DNA of 64,000 bases from a virus. Both the position numbers and the translations under genes were made by a program. The stretch lies in IMG/VR virus record IMGVR_UViG_3300009788_000003, positions 1 to 64,000 of that record. One strand, given 5' to 3'. Positions 38,484-48,110 of this stretch are shown here, piece after piece. Numbering within the stretch: position 1 is the first letter of the stretch; every line of letters begins with the position of its first letter. The notes beneath the pieces are model-generated. The model saw only the letters and a list, made by a program, of their open reading frames with translations, had not been told where the DNA came from and searched no databases.

Positions 38484-40800
38484 CCCTGACTTCATGCAGT
38501 TCCCCCAGATTAAAGCCAGTTTCACAATCAACTAAAAAAGGTAATTGGGGAGACCACCCAAAATATTCTTTTAGCGGTAAATTCTCCATGATGTTTTTCA
38601 TTTCAGGAATCCATAAATCACGTTCATCTAAATCAACGTAGGCAGTCAAATTATCATGTGTCATTCCAAAGAACCTACACCCTAAAGGATTGCCATGTTT
38701 CTTTTTAAACTCTGCCAGAGCTAAGCAGGAAAGGTCTGAGAGGGTAGATTGAATCGGGCTATTGATTGCCTGTCTTTCAGCCTGAAGCATTTTCATAAAG
38801 TTGTTTGAATTGATTAACGGTAAATGCCTAACCCTGCCTAACGGGGATTGAACAAAACCCCACTCATGAGCATAGGCTTTATATTGATCATGGTAAGTTA
38901 CCAGTTCAGGATATATTTCAAAAAACTTATCTCGCTGAGCCTTTGCTTCTGTCACAGAAATTATTACCCCAAAAGTATTACGTGCGTACTCAGCAAATCC
39001 TTCTGGAAAGATTCCGTAAATCAAACCGAAGTTTCCTGCCTTGCCCCCTTGCCTGATTGCTATTATTTTTTCATCACCTTCCGCTTTCATTCTCAGGGCT
39101 TCCGCTAAAGTGTACCCATTCAATTCTGCACCTGTTTTCAAATGCATATCAATTCCATCACGGTAGGCTTGAATCATTGTCGGTTCATCTGCTACGCAAG
39201 CAATTACCCGAAGTTCTCCCTGTGAGTAATCCCAATTGACAATGCAATATCCTTCAGGGGCAGGGTAAGCAAGTCTTAATTTTTTTGCCCATATCGTATG
39301 CTTGGATAAGGTTTGCCAAGCAGGGTCTTTAAATGAAAGTCTTCCGGTTACTGTCCCAGAGTCATCAGCACTTCCCCCATAATCCCCCCGGTACAAAATT
39401 GCTGTTGGATGAAGCAACCCATCTTCCCGAAGATGTTTCAAAAATCCAGTAACATAAGTTGATTCAGTTTTTTTAGCTGAATTCCATTCCTTATATAACT
39501 TCACAAACTCAACTGCTTCAGGAACATTTTCAAACATTTTGAGATGGTCAAATGATGTACTTGGTTGCTTGGTTTTTTCTGTCACCATTTTGGGGGTAAG
39601 TTTCAACCCGTTAGGATGGGCAAACATAAAATCTTTTATGATTGCAGATTTAGTCAGGGAGAATTCATCCCCATATTTATTCAGGATTCTTCGTGGTATC
39701 AAATCTTTTACTGCTTCAGTCAGCCGTGACATTTCTGCAAACAGTTCAACCTGCAATTCTGCGAACTTATCTACATCAACATGAATTCCATTGAACTCCA
39801 TATCTTCAAAAGCACGAGCCGCAGGATGAAGAAGATTTATATAAAATTGAGTCTGGGATTTTGACTCCGTTAATTTCTTCACCATCTTATTTGCAACCTG
39901 CAAAGTAGCGTCTGTATCTCCCCCCGCATATTTCAACAGTGGTTCATCAGGCACTAAATCCATTCTTGATTTATCGTAGTCCAAATTAAACGGGTCATCA
40001 TACCCCCCCAACGCAGGAACATAAATTTTGGTGTGAGTGTTTAACGAATTGCTTCTATTTTCATCTAGCAGGGAACCCACCAAAGTTGTATCCATTCTAA
40101 AGTTAGTGCAACGGATTCCCCACTTTAACCGAATCCAAAGAAGGTCATATTTCAGGTTAGCCCCAATCAAAGAAATCCTGTCATCATTCAGCAACCAATT
40201 TATTTCATCCCACAATTGAGAATCTTTATCAGGTTGGTCATCAACCCCCTGAAATCTGATCAGGTCAGAAACACCTTCCAAAGATGTAAAAGAAATACTG
40301 ACAATAAATTTCTCAGAATCAAAGGGGTCAAGTCCCACAGTTTCTAAATCCATTGCAACCCGAACACGTTTCCCTGTTTTGTTATATTGTTTATTTATGT
40401 AAGGTGGTAGATGTTCAAAATCTTCCATCCAAACATAGCTTCCATACACAGGTTCCAAACTCCCGGTATCCATAAATCTTTTAGTCAGGGAAATATCAGT
40501 TTGAAGTTTCACGTAGTTGGTGTAATCGAATTCTTTAATATCAATATCGAATGTGACAAAGCAGAACCCTTCCCCGATGTCATGAAGTTTTTCACGCATG
40601 GAAGTTATGGTTCTGCCTTTGGGTAAATGTCCTGCCTGTTGAATTGCTTTTAGATTTTCCCCACCCATACTGAGTAGCACATCATTGGGGGCTAAATTAG
40701 GAACTGCGGAACCGGAAGGAAAAGAATAATCCCCCGCTTTTAATACATCCAATTCTTTTATTAATTCTGGATGCTCAGACTTAGACCAAATTTTTAACAA
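38479..40800 (-). CDS. polA: family A DNA polymerase with 3'-5' exonuclease
   Basis: Exo DLET / NLKYD / YAGGD; motif A DYSQGELR, B RQGGKAGNFGLIYG, C THD. Confidence 0.95.
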   Translation of the reverse strand: MLKIWSKSEHPELIKELDVLKAGDYSFPSGSAVPNLAPNDVLLSMGGENLKAIQQAGHLPKGRTITSMREKLHDIGEGFCFVTFDIDIKEFDYTNYVKLQTDISLTKRFMDTGSLEPVYGSYVWMEDFEHLPPYINKQYNKTGKRVRVAMDLETVGLDPFDSEKFIVSISFTSLEGVSDLIRFQGVDDQPDKDSQLWDEINWLLNDDRISLIGANLKYDLLWIRLKWGIRCTNFRMDTTLVGSLLDENRSNSLNTHTKIYVPALGGYDDPFNLDYDKSRMDLVPDEPLLKYAGGDTDATLQVANKMVKKLTESKSQTQFYINLLHPAARAFEDMEFNGIHVDVDKFAELQVELFAEMSRLTEAVKDLIPRRILNKYGDEFSLTKSAIIKDFMFAHPNGLKLTPKMVTEKTKQPSTSFDHLKMFENVPEAVEFVKLYKEWNSAKKTESTYVTGFLKHLREDGLLHPTAILYRGDYGGSADDSGTVTGRLSFKDPAWQTLSKHTIWAKKLRLAYPAPEGYCIVNWDYSQGELRVIACVADEPTMIQAYRDGIDMHLKTGAELNGYTLAEALRMKAEGDEKIIAIRQGGKAGNFGLIYGIFPEGFAEYARNTFGVIISVTEAKAQRDKFFEIYPELVTYHDQYKAYAHEWGFVQSPLGRVRHLPLINSNNFMKMLQAERQAINSPIQSTLSDLSCLALAEFKKKHGNPLGCRFFGMTHDNLTAYVDLDERDLWIPEMKNIMENLPLKEYFGWSPQLPFLVDCETGFNLGELHEVRV

Positions 40801-41165
40801 GCGATTGTCTCTATTACAAAATCAGATTTCCATTTGCCTTCGACAAGATGGGTAAGCAACGCATCAAAATCTTTGCTGTCAAAATATTCCCTAGCAATTG
40901 GGTCACTGAAATCAATCAAACAAATCTTTTTCAGACAACCATTCCCGGCATGGGCAATAATTCCTAGATCACCGATATGCATTATCACGTACATGTTCAA
41001 ATCGGATTCATAAATATGAAGCCCCATTATTCTGACTTCAGCCTTAACATAATCATTGTTGATTATGATGGGGGTCAGAATTTTGAAGACACCACCTTTG
41101 CCTACCTTCGCATTAATTTTGAAGGCATCCAAGACTTCATATAAATTAGCTTGGCTTACGTTCAT
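40794..41165 (-). CDS. hypothetical protein
   Basis: coupled ORF upstream of polA. Confidence 0.6.
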   Translation of the reverse strand: MNVSQANLYEVLDAFKINAKVGKGGVFKILTPIIINNDYVKAEVRIMGLHIYESDLNMYVIMHIGDLGIIAHAGNGCLKKICLIDFSDPIAREYFDSKDFDALLTHLVEGKWKSDFVIETIAC

Positions 41166-41331
41166 TTAGAATCTCCCCAAAATGTTTGCCCAAAGATACC
41201 CCACCAACTTCTAGCGTAACTGATTTTGCTGTGTGGCTAGTTACCTTTAAATAAGTTTTACTTCCAAGCAACCACATCCCAGAAACAGGAACCATATTTT
41301 TCTTGCTTGAATTTTTGGTTGGCTTACCCAT
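41146..41331 (-). CDS. hypothetical protein
   Basis: coupled small ORF. Confidence 0.5.
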   Translation of the reverse strand: MGKPTKNSSKKNMVPVSGMWLLGSKTYLKVTSHTAKSVTLEVGGVSLGKHFGEILNERKPS

Positions 41332-42110
41332 TACACACTTAGCTTCCGAATTTTTTCTTCATCAAATTTGGCAACTTCCCAACCTGTAAGACTTGCTTTC
41401 ATCATTGCAAAATATCTTTTCAGTGGAAGTGTTCCGTGCATTTCAAAATGACCCGAAGCATAATCACCATTGTTATTCAATCCGATCATATCCATATCTT
41501 CAGATAACGAAGCGTTAAACGGTTCAACACGAACAGAACATTTAGTTCCCCTCAATCTCATTGCAAGTTTTCCCTTGCCGTTAGTTTCTACCGCAATAAA
41601 AACATAACGTGAACTTTCATTGGTTGACCGTACTGCATCATAAAACTTTGCAGCATCCTTCAACCACGGCACGGAAACCGTACCTGAAATATCATCTTCA
41701 ATTTGTTTGTGTGCCATTGTGACCCCAAGATTTTCAGTAGATTCCGCATCCACATTCAAACTAAATAAACCATCATCCGACATAGCGGAACTGTCAGGTT
41801 CCCCAATTCCTAACTGCATGAGAATCCCAGACTTAATTAAATTAGCCTTAGCACTCCAATGTAATTCTTCAGGTAAATGGGCTTCACATATTGTTCCACC
41901 ACCCATTGCAAAAGTAGAAAATGTTCTAGAGCAATGCAGTGTATAATCTAATTTCTTGGTTTTCAAAATATGCGTAACAGTTTCACCCAACAGTTTATGA
42001 AGGGTCTGCTTGCTAATCTTTGTAGAACCATACCCGCAAAGTGCTTTGCGAAGCGGCATAGGAACAACAGTCGCTTTGGGTTCTAACTCTGGTTTCTGAA
42101 TTTGTAACAT
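41331..42110 (-). CDS. hypothetical protein
   Basis: AGGAGG SD and promoter upstream. Confidence 0.75.
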   Translation of the reverse strand: MLQIQKPELEPKATVVPMPLRKALCGYGSTKISKQTLHKLLGETVTHILKTKKLDYTLHCSRTFSTFAMGGGTICEAHLPEELHWSAKANLIKSGILMQLGIGEPDSSAMSDDGLFSLNVDAESTENLGVTMAHKQIEDDISGTVSVPWLKDAAKFYDAVRSTNESSRYVFIAVETNGKGKLAMRLRGTKCSVRVEPFNASLSEDMDMIGLNNNGDYASGHFEMHGTLPLKRYFAMMKASLTGWEVAKFDEEKIRKLSV

Positions 42111-42133
42111 ATAACCTCCTAGTTCAAGACCCC

Positions 42134-42162
42134 ATCTTACAGGAGTCTAAAGTATTTGTCAA
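42134..42162 (-). promoter_or_regulatory. sigma70 promoter
   Basis: TTGACA-N17-TAAGAT. Confidence 0.7.
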
Positions 42163-42848
42163 TCATTATTTACGATTAATGAAGTGCCGTTAGCAGCTAA
42201 ATAAGTCTGTGTTTTGTTCTTCGTTACCTGCCCTTCAATCCAATTTTCAATTAGATCAGTTCCAAAAGGAAGGCTAGTAGAACTTTGATTGCCCCAAGCA
42301 GTAGAAAGTTTTGAAGACTTCTTTTCTTTGCTGCCTTCAACTTTCTTGATTCCAAAATGCTTGTTCAACCAATTAATCTGTTCACTTGATTCAACAGCCT
42401 TCTTACAATAATTTTCTCTGACTGTGGTGGTTGCATCTTTATCCCCAATCATGTGCTTAGTCAGGGCAGCAAGGAACAAACCTGTTCTACCATGCCCACC
42501 GATACAACCCACAAAAACAGACTTGCCTTTTTTCATTTCTTTGGCAGTCCATGAAATCAGTTTTTTGAATTCACCTAAATCTTTAGGTACACCCATATCA
42601 GGAATCTTGAAATAAATATCTACTCCATCATTCCACGGATAAGACCGTTCACCTTTTTTGCCCCCACCATCCAGAGCAATAAAAATATCAACATCAGGGT
42701 AATTACTGGTACAACTTCCACCAACGATTTCCCACTTGCCTATTTTATAAACAGGATGTGTATGCCAACAAGGGGCATAAGATTTAATTTTAGATTTGGA
42801 CTTAGACTTTTTACTTTTGCCACTCCAAATATCAGCTACCTTAGTCAT
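42159..42848 (-). CDS. CX5R (PTP/dual-specificity) phosphatase
   Basis: IPDMGVP acid loop, GCIGGHGRTG, VR..Y...AVES.EQ. Confidence 0.85.
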   Translation of the reverse strand: MTKVADIWSGKSKKSKSKSKIKSYAPCWHTHPVYKIGKWEIVGGSCTSNYPDVDIFIALDGGGKKGERSYPWNDGVDIYFKIPDMGVPKDLGEFKKLISWTAKEMKKGKSVFVGCIGGHGRTGLFLAALTKHMIGDKDATTTVRENYCKKAVESSEQINWLNKHFGIKKVEGSKEKKSSKLSTAWGNQSSTSLPFGTDLIENWIEGQVTKNKTQTYLAANGTSLIVNND

Positions 42849-43875
42849 GTTTAACCCCCTTCCTTGTTAGGGTTGGAATTTTCATAATCATTAAATCAAG
42901 ATTACCAGATGGGAAAAATTCTTCATCTGAATCTGAATCTTTAGTTGCATCAACAGCATCTTTCGCTTTCTTAAATACATGCTTAGATAATGCCCCCGCT
43001 TCATGAATCGCAGCCGGGGAAACATAAGAATAAAACTCTTCACCCAGAATCGAAGCAGCAGAATTTACTTCCCCTACAAAGTTAGCAGCAACATTCGAAG
43101 CAACTCTAAAGGAAGGACACTCGCTTTTATATTTTTCGAAGTGCTTGATCAATGAAGGAATAGCTCCCCCACGTTGCATATCAAGTAATTGGGTAAGCCC
43201 CGCACCATCAAGTTCATGTTTATAAATTGTGTTCTTATTAAAGATTGAACCTGTGTTGTGAACCAAAGCCCACGCAACATCAACCATAGTGAAGGGTGAA
43301 ATTTCACCTTCCAGAACATGAGTAATTTTCTGGCTAATGTTTTTCCATTTCTTTCCACCATAAGAACCCATCCCTGCGAAACAATGAACAAACATCCAAT
43401 CACAATAGCGGGAAAAATCCAGAAGGTCTCTATCACAAGAAAGGAATTCATCCCGTGAACCAGAACGATTTTTCTTGCCGTTTGTAACTGAACCAAAATT
43501 CTTAACATCAGCACCATACTGCTTTAAAATTGTAGCAGATTGAGAATGCACTTTTCCATGCCGGGATTCCCCGACAGAAATTAAAAGGATATAAGTGAAG
43601 ATACGAAAGAAAACATCTTCCATATGTGAATGATGTGCTTTAACTAATTCGGCAACTGCTTCAGGAAGTTCAGTTTCAACCCCGTACTTAGATTCAACAG
43701 CACCCAGAACATGAGCACCAAGATAGAACCTGATAACATCTTCTTCAGGTTGAATCATTGCCGTAGTATTAACAGAAATAAATTTATCCATGCCCACTTT
43801 TTGCTTGCTGTATTCACAAGCTTTAAAGAGCATTGAATTTTTTAAGTCTTTAAGTATCATTAAAAATCTCTCCAT
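42841..43875 (-). CDS. hypothetical protein (344 aa)
   Basis: GESRH, YGGKKW, HNTGSIFNK segments; coupled to the phosphatase gene. Confidence 0.75.
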   Translation of the reverse strand: MERFLMILKDLKNSMLFKACEYSKQKVGMDKFISVNTTAMIQPEEDVIRFYLGAHVLGAVESKYGVETELPEAVAELVKAHHSHMEDVFFRIFTYILLISVGESRHGKVHSQSATILKQYGADVKNFGSVTNGKKNRSGSRDEFLSCDRDLLDFSRYCDWMFVHCFAGMGSYGGKKWKNISQKITHVLEGEISPFTMVDVAWALVHNTGSIFNKNTIYKHELDGAGLTQLLDMQRGGAIPSLIKHFEKYKSECPSFRVASNVAANFVGEVNSAASILGEEFYSYVSPAAIHEAGALSKHVFKKAKDAVDATKDSDSDEEFFPSGNLDLMIMKIPTLTRKGVKHD

Positions 43876-44210
43876 GAAGTCCGAACAAATTCTTTAGTAA
43901 GATCACCATTCGGAAATTTGGTAACAAGAAAAACTTCGTGCTTAACTTTATTGCCTGACTTGTCCCAAGTGAATTGAGCAGAACCTTCTTTAGTTGAATC
44001 GAAAACAGCAGCAGTGGTTTCCCATTGTTGGCTACCATCATTCCACTCAACTTTTTTACCTTTCTTCAAAGCCTGTTTACCTTCTTCTATGGCTTCAGCA
44101 ACAACACCCGCACCAAAGGCAACAGTTAAAGTATTTTCCTTATCACGGAAAACCTTAACAGTGGTTTTGGGGCTATTCTTTAATAGTGCTTTTGCGTCTT
44201 TTTTATTCAT
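43860..44210 (-). CDS. hypothetical protein (possibly leaderless mRNA)
   Basis: ATG lies ~7 nt below the -10 of promoter 44217-44244. Confidence 0.65.
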   Translation of the reverse strand: MNKKDAKALLKNSPKTTVKVFRDKENTLTVAFGAGVVAEAIEEGKQALKKGKKVEWNDGSQQWETTAAVFDSTKEGSAQFTWDKSGNKVKHEVFLVTKFPNGDLTKEFVRTSWRDF

Positions 44211-44216
44211 ATACTA

Positions 44217-44244
44217 ATAATAGCATACTAGTATTATTTGTCAA
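44217..44244 (-). promoter_or_regulatory. sigma70 promoter with 18-bp box 6 nt upstream of -35
   Basis: TTGACAAATA...TGCTATTAT; box at 44251-44268. Confidence 0.75.
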
Positions 44245-44273
44245 TAGATATTTGATCTTAATATCAAATTAAT

Positions 44274-44810
44274 TTACCTGACAATATCCATACAATTATC
44301 GATTCGATCACGAATAGCCAACATTTCAGTTGGGTCATAATGACTTACAAATTTATATTGCTCTGAAGTTTCAACCGCAGTAGAAAGATATTCATCACGA
44401 ACAAATTCAACAGGCTCATAAACCATAGAACCATTCTCTAGGGTACTTGGATATTGGTTGAAGAATACTTTAATCCTGCCCCACAAAGTTTTTCTATCAG
44501 CTTCCAGATTCATGATACCAATTGTCTTGATCAAGATAGCCATGAACATTCCGGTTCGACCAATACCACCCATGCACCCAAGATAGATCACACCATCTTC
44601 AGTCAGGATTTTTAAAGCTTGGAAAAGAGCACCGTCTACTTGATGATTGGTAGGTACACCGAAATCAGGAATATCTAAAACGACATCCGCAGTAGATTCA
44701 ATTTCTTGTGCGAGTTTTACGCCTCTTATTTCGTGCGGTCTGTCTCGGTATGGGCCGCCCATTACCGTGACTTTGCGCCCTAACAATTTTGTTTCTATCA
44801 TTCCATTCAT
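44274..44810 (-). CDS. CX5R (PTP/dual-specificity) phosphatase
   Basis: IPDFGVP, GCMGGIGRTG, VR..Y...AVET.EQ. Confidence 0.85.
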   Translation of the reverse strand: MNGMIETKLLGRKVTVMGGPYRDRPHEIRGVKLAQEIESTADVVLDIPDFGVPTNHQVDGALFQALKILTEDGVIYLGCMGGIGRTGMFMAILIKTIGIMNLEADRKTLWGRIKVFFNQYPSTLENGSMVYEPVEFVRDEYLSTAVETSEQYKFVSHYDPTEMLAIRDRIDNCMDIVR

Positions 44811-45186
44811 TTCTATCCCCTACAATTTGCTTACCCGTACAATTCGGACAAGCGATTAATTTAAAATCTAAACCTTCTTTACAATCTTTACATCCTGCCC
44901 CATCACAAAAACTACACGGGTCTCCCACTTCAATTGTCTGTGAATCAAAACACACGTTACAATGAAACGTAAAATACCGTGCATACCTATTCAAATGAAA
45001 AAGTGTGACCCCAACAATTTCCCTGTTATTTCGATTAACAACGATATTGTTATATCTTATGTTCCCTAATTTATGGTCACAGGGACTTCCATTCTTGATG
45101 TACGAAAGTACATCTGCATAAGTGTGTTCATTGTGCAGGGCTAATAAATCTTCCTTAGCCCCTTTACTAAATTTGTGTAACATCAT
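44698..45186 (-). CDS. DnaJ-type Cys-rich zinc-finger protein
   Basis: CxxC repeats (CNVC, CSFCDG, CKDC, CPNC). Confidence 0.6.
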   Translation of the reverse strand: MMLHKFSKGAKEDLLALHNEHTYADVLSYIKNGSPCDHKLGNIRYNNIVVNRNNREIVGVTLFHLNRYARYFTFHCNVCFDSQTIEVGDPCSFCDGAGCKDCKEGLDFKLIACPNCTGKQIVGDRNEWNDRNKIVRAQSHGNGRPIPRQTARNKRRKTRTRN

Positions 45187-45474
45187 TTACCCGTTGCGTT
45201 TTTTCTGCCCACGGTCAATTGTAATACTTCTGGGGGCATCAACCAACACCCTACAGAACCCATCCCGATTCGTATCAGTTCCCAACATCATTTTAACATC
45301 AGTAGTGACAGCAACATATTTCAAATCATTGATGACCAATTGTTGCGTCATATATCTCCCATGAACTGTAATCTGGGTTTGCTTCGGATTTAAAATCTTG
45401 TCTATCGTTATCAGTAAATCACCCACCCAAATTTCATTATCCTTTTCTAAATTCATCCCAAGAACTAAAGCCAT
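45187..45474 (-). CDS. CsrA-like protein
   Basis: LVL....EIWVGD.LIT...RVLVDAPRSITIDR resembles the CsrA pattern. Confidence 0.6.
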   Translation of the reverse strand: MALVLGMNLEKDNEIWVGDLLITIDKILNPKQTQITVHGRYMTQQLVINDLKYVAVTTDVKMMLGTDTNRDGFCRVLVDAPRSITIDRGQKKRNG

Positions 45475-45475
45475 T

Positions 45476-45904
45476 TTATTTGCCCCCGTGCCATTTTGTT
45501 ATTACTATTTTATGAGCAGTCCACAAGGAACCACCCAACCTTCCTTTTCGATCTTCCAAAGCAGTTATCAATCCTCTCTTCCTTAAAATAGAAAGATTGG
45601 TTGTTGCCTTGTCAACCGTGATACTCAACTGTCTTGCAATTTGCTGAGAAGTTAAATCTCCCAGAGCAACCAAGCATCCTAAAATTTGTGAAAGCTGACT
45701 TCCCCTGACAGGAAGCACAACAGTAGTTAATTTAATCGGAACCCTAGTGAGAGTTACCCCATCTATTTTAAGGTACAGAAACTTGTTCAGTCCACAAACG
45801 CAATGTTGTACAACCGAATCTTCTTCAAATTTAATCCAAGACCACGCCCCACATTTGGGGCAAGCTAGAGCCATAAGAAAGGTCATCAGCAAAAAAAGTG
45901 TCAT
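45476..45904 (-). CDS. Zn-ribbon plus winged-HTH DNA-binding protein (start possibly 45874)
   Basis: CPKC...CVCG; LTSQQIARQL...L..L...GLI. Confidence 0.65.
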   Translation of the reverse strand: MTLFLLMTFLMALACPKCGAWSWIKFEEDSVVQHCVCGLNKFLYLKIDGVTLTRVPIKLTTVVLPVRGSQLSQILGCLVALGDLTSQQIARQLSITVDKATTNLSILRKRGLITALEDRKGRLGGSLWTAHKIVITKWHGGK

Positions 45905-45908
45905 GAGT

Positions 45909-47846
45909 CTAACCTATATGTATTCGTTTTTCGAGAAGACCTAATGCACTTTCCATTGCAACAACCCGTGCAGATAATCCCAACTGCTCACTAATTTGAT
46001 GGAAAGTTTCAGCATCACCCATAACATTTTCAATAAAATCTTTTTCGATGTACCCGATAAAATCAGGGTTCATAACATCAGCCATAGTTTTATAAGGCTT
46101 AGCAACTTGCTCAGTTACCCAAGTTCCTGAATCAAAAAATACGTTAGTCATTGCAGGATTATTACAAATAGCTTCATCCAATTCACGGGCAACTTCCATT
46201 GCTTCAGGGTTGGGGTCTCCAAGAAAATTACTGACTTTATCCCTACGCTCAGGATTAAGAAGAACAACCTTATCAAAACGATCAGCCAAATCAGCAAGTT
46301 CAGTAGCAGACAAACCTTCAACCGGAACCCCAATTTTATAAATGTAATCTTCAAGGCTCAGGGCTTCATTATAATTCTCAACCTTAATCCAATCATTTTC
46401 TGTAATGGCAACTTCAAAAAGACTACCCAAAAGTTCAACAGGAATGTTGGTTGAAAAATCAAGATCAAAAGGTTTATCTGATAAAAAGACTTCACCTTTT
46501 TGACCATCGATCAGAACATACATAGTTCCCAAAAGATTAGAAGCATCTGCAAACATAGGTTCAACATCAGGACAACCCACAACACAAGGCTTGTTCATTC
46601 CACGAGCAACAACAGCAGCGTGACAAGTAGCTGAACCTCTGAAGGTCAAAATACCTTTAGCTTTTTCCATTGCCTTAATATCTTCAGGGGTAGTTTCTTC
46701 GGCAACCAGAATTGTATCTTCGTTGCTGTCCAGAACTTCCTTCACAGAAAAAGCAGCTTTACCTGTGGCGAAGTATCCACCAGAACCAATACCCTTTGCA
46801 TTAGCTTTCTTTTTAAAATCAGCAGGGAGAACGGGAACCCGAAGTTTCATAAAAGTTCCTTCATTAATTCCATCACCCAATTCATCAATGATACCTTCTT
46901 CAAGAAGATCAAGAGCAATCTTGATTTCTGCATATGAAGACCGCGCACCATTACGAGTTTGAAGAATAAACAGTTCACCATCTTCAACAGTGAATTCAAT
47001 ATCCTGCATATCCTTATTTTTCTTTTCAAGAATTTTACCAATCTCAACCAGTTCATTATAAAGATCGATGTTCCACTTTTTCATTTCAGAAATCGGGGGG
47101 GCAGTAATATGACCCGCAACAACATCTTCACCCTGACAATTGGTAAGGAAGTCTCCAAAAACTTTCTTCGCCCCAGAATCAGGATTACGAGTAAACATAA
47201 CTCCTGAACCAGAGTTGTCATTGAAGTTTCCAAAAACCATAGATTGAATTATTACAGCAGTTCCCATATCGTTAGGAATCTTGTTCATCTTTCGATAGTG
47301 TGTGCAACGCTCATTATCAAAAGACTTCCAAACTGCTTCAATTGAATTACGGATAACATCCCGCAATTCAGGAATGTGTTTTTTGATGGTCTTCATCCAC
47401 TTAACAGGGTCTTCAATTTTTCCTTCATGACCCATAACAACACCCGCATACATTTCAACAAAACGTCTACGGCAATCTGCTTTCAAGTTTTTCTCTAAAC
47501 CCTTGTCTTCGTAACCTGCCCCAACATTCAAAACAGTATCCATCATTCCCGGCATTGAGATAGGCGCACCAGATCGAATCGATACAAGCTTATGAACCGA
47601 TTCAGGATAAATGTGGGTATCCAGTGCTTCCATAACAGCATCAATTACTTGATCAAGTATGAGAGTCTTACCTGTAGGATTTGATTTGCGGTATTGATTA
47701 CAAATGGCAGTAGGTATAACCATGCCAGTAGGAACATTAAGACCATCCATTTTCATTTCAATCAGGTTATGACCTTTGCCACCGTTACTATTAACAGTAG
47801 ACTTGTTATCAATTTGTCCTGATGTGAAAAGGTTAATTAAATTCAC
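45909..47846 (-). CDS. PPDK-like phosphotransferase: ATP-grasp + phospho-His domain + unknown C-terminal domain
   Basis: GGKG.NL, RSGAPISMPGMMDTVLN, QGEDVVAG, DIEFT...LQTR, TCHAAVVARG; 645 aa, no PEP/pyruvate barrel recognised. Confidence 0.9.
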   Translation of the reverse strand: MNLINLFTSGQIDNKSTVNSNGGKGHNLIEMKMDGLNVPTGMVIPTAICNQYRKSNPTGKTLILDQVIDAVMEALDTHIYPESVHKLVSIRSGAPISMPGMMDTVLNVGAGYEDKGLEKNLKADCRRRFVEMYAGVVMGHEGKIEDPVKWMKTIKKHIPELRDVIRNSIEAVWKSFDNERCTHYRKMNKIPNDMGTAVIIQSMVFGNFNDNSGSGVMFTRNPDSGAKKVFGDFLTNCQGEDVVAGHITAPPISEMKKWNIDLYNELVEIGKILEKKNKDMQDIEFTVEDGELFILQTRNGARSSYAEIKIALDLLEEGIIDELGDGINEGTFMKLRVPVLPADFKKKANAKGIGSGGYFATGKAAFSVKEVLDSNEDTILVAEETTPEDIKAMEKAKGILTFRGSATCHAAVVARGMNKPCVVGCPDVEPMFADASNLLGTMYVLIDGQKGEVFLSDKPFDLDFSTNIPVELLGSLFEVAITENDWIKVENYNEALSLEDYIYKIGVPVEGLSATELADLADRFDKVVLLNPERRDKVSNFLGDPNPEAMEVARELDEAICNNPAMTNVFFDSGTWVTEQVAKPYKTMADVMNPDFIGYIEKDFIENVMGDAETFHQISEQLGLSARVVAMESALGLLEKRIHIG

Positions 47847-47881
47847 TTACAACCTCCTAAGTTTTCAAGTGATATACCCTA

Positions 47882-47910
47882 AGCTTATACCATGAGTTAA
47901 TATTTGTCAA
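47882..47910 (-). promoter_or_regulatory. sigma70 promoter
   Basis: TTGACA-N17-TAAGCT; AGGAGG SD downstream. Confidence 0.7.
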
Positions 47911-48110
47911 GCTATTTCTTTAATTAATTTACGATAATCTTCAGACCCAAAAAACTGATTCTTTTTACTATCGTGCTTAATCAACGGATGCAAGTGAGTG
48001 CTGAAATACTTGTAATGGGGGCAACTAAAAACCAAAGGCTTAGCACCCCACTTCCTGATTTGAATCAGGGCTTCATTCCGGTTTATCATCACCCAAAGAT
48101 GATCGCTCAT
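47907..48110 (-). CDS. hypothetical protein
   Basis: ORF overlapping the upstream gene end. Confidence 0.45.
   Translation of the reverse strand: MSDHLWVMINRNEALIQIRKWGAKPLVFSCPHYKYFSTHLHPLIKHDSKKNQFFGSEDYRKLIKEIA

Noticed and set aside
45909-47846. Ordinary ppdK auxiliary metabolic gene or pseudogene
   Set aside because: The PEP/pyruvate barrel is absent but the frame, SD, promoter and catalytic motifs are intact, so neither label fits
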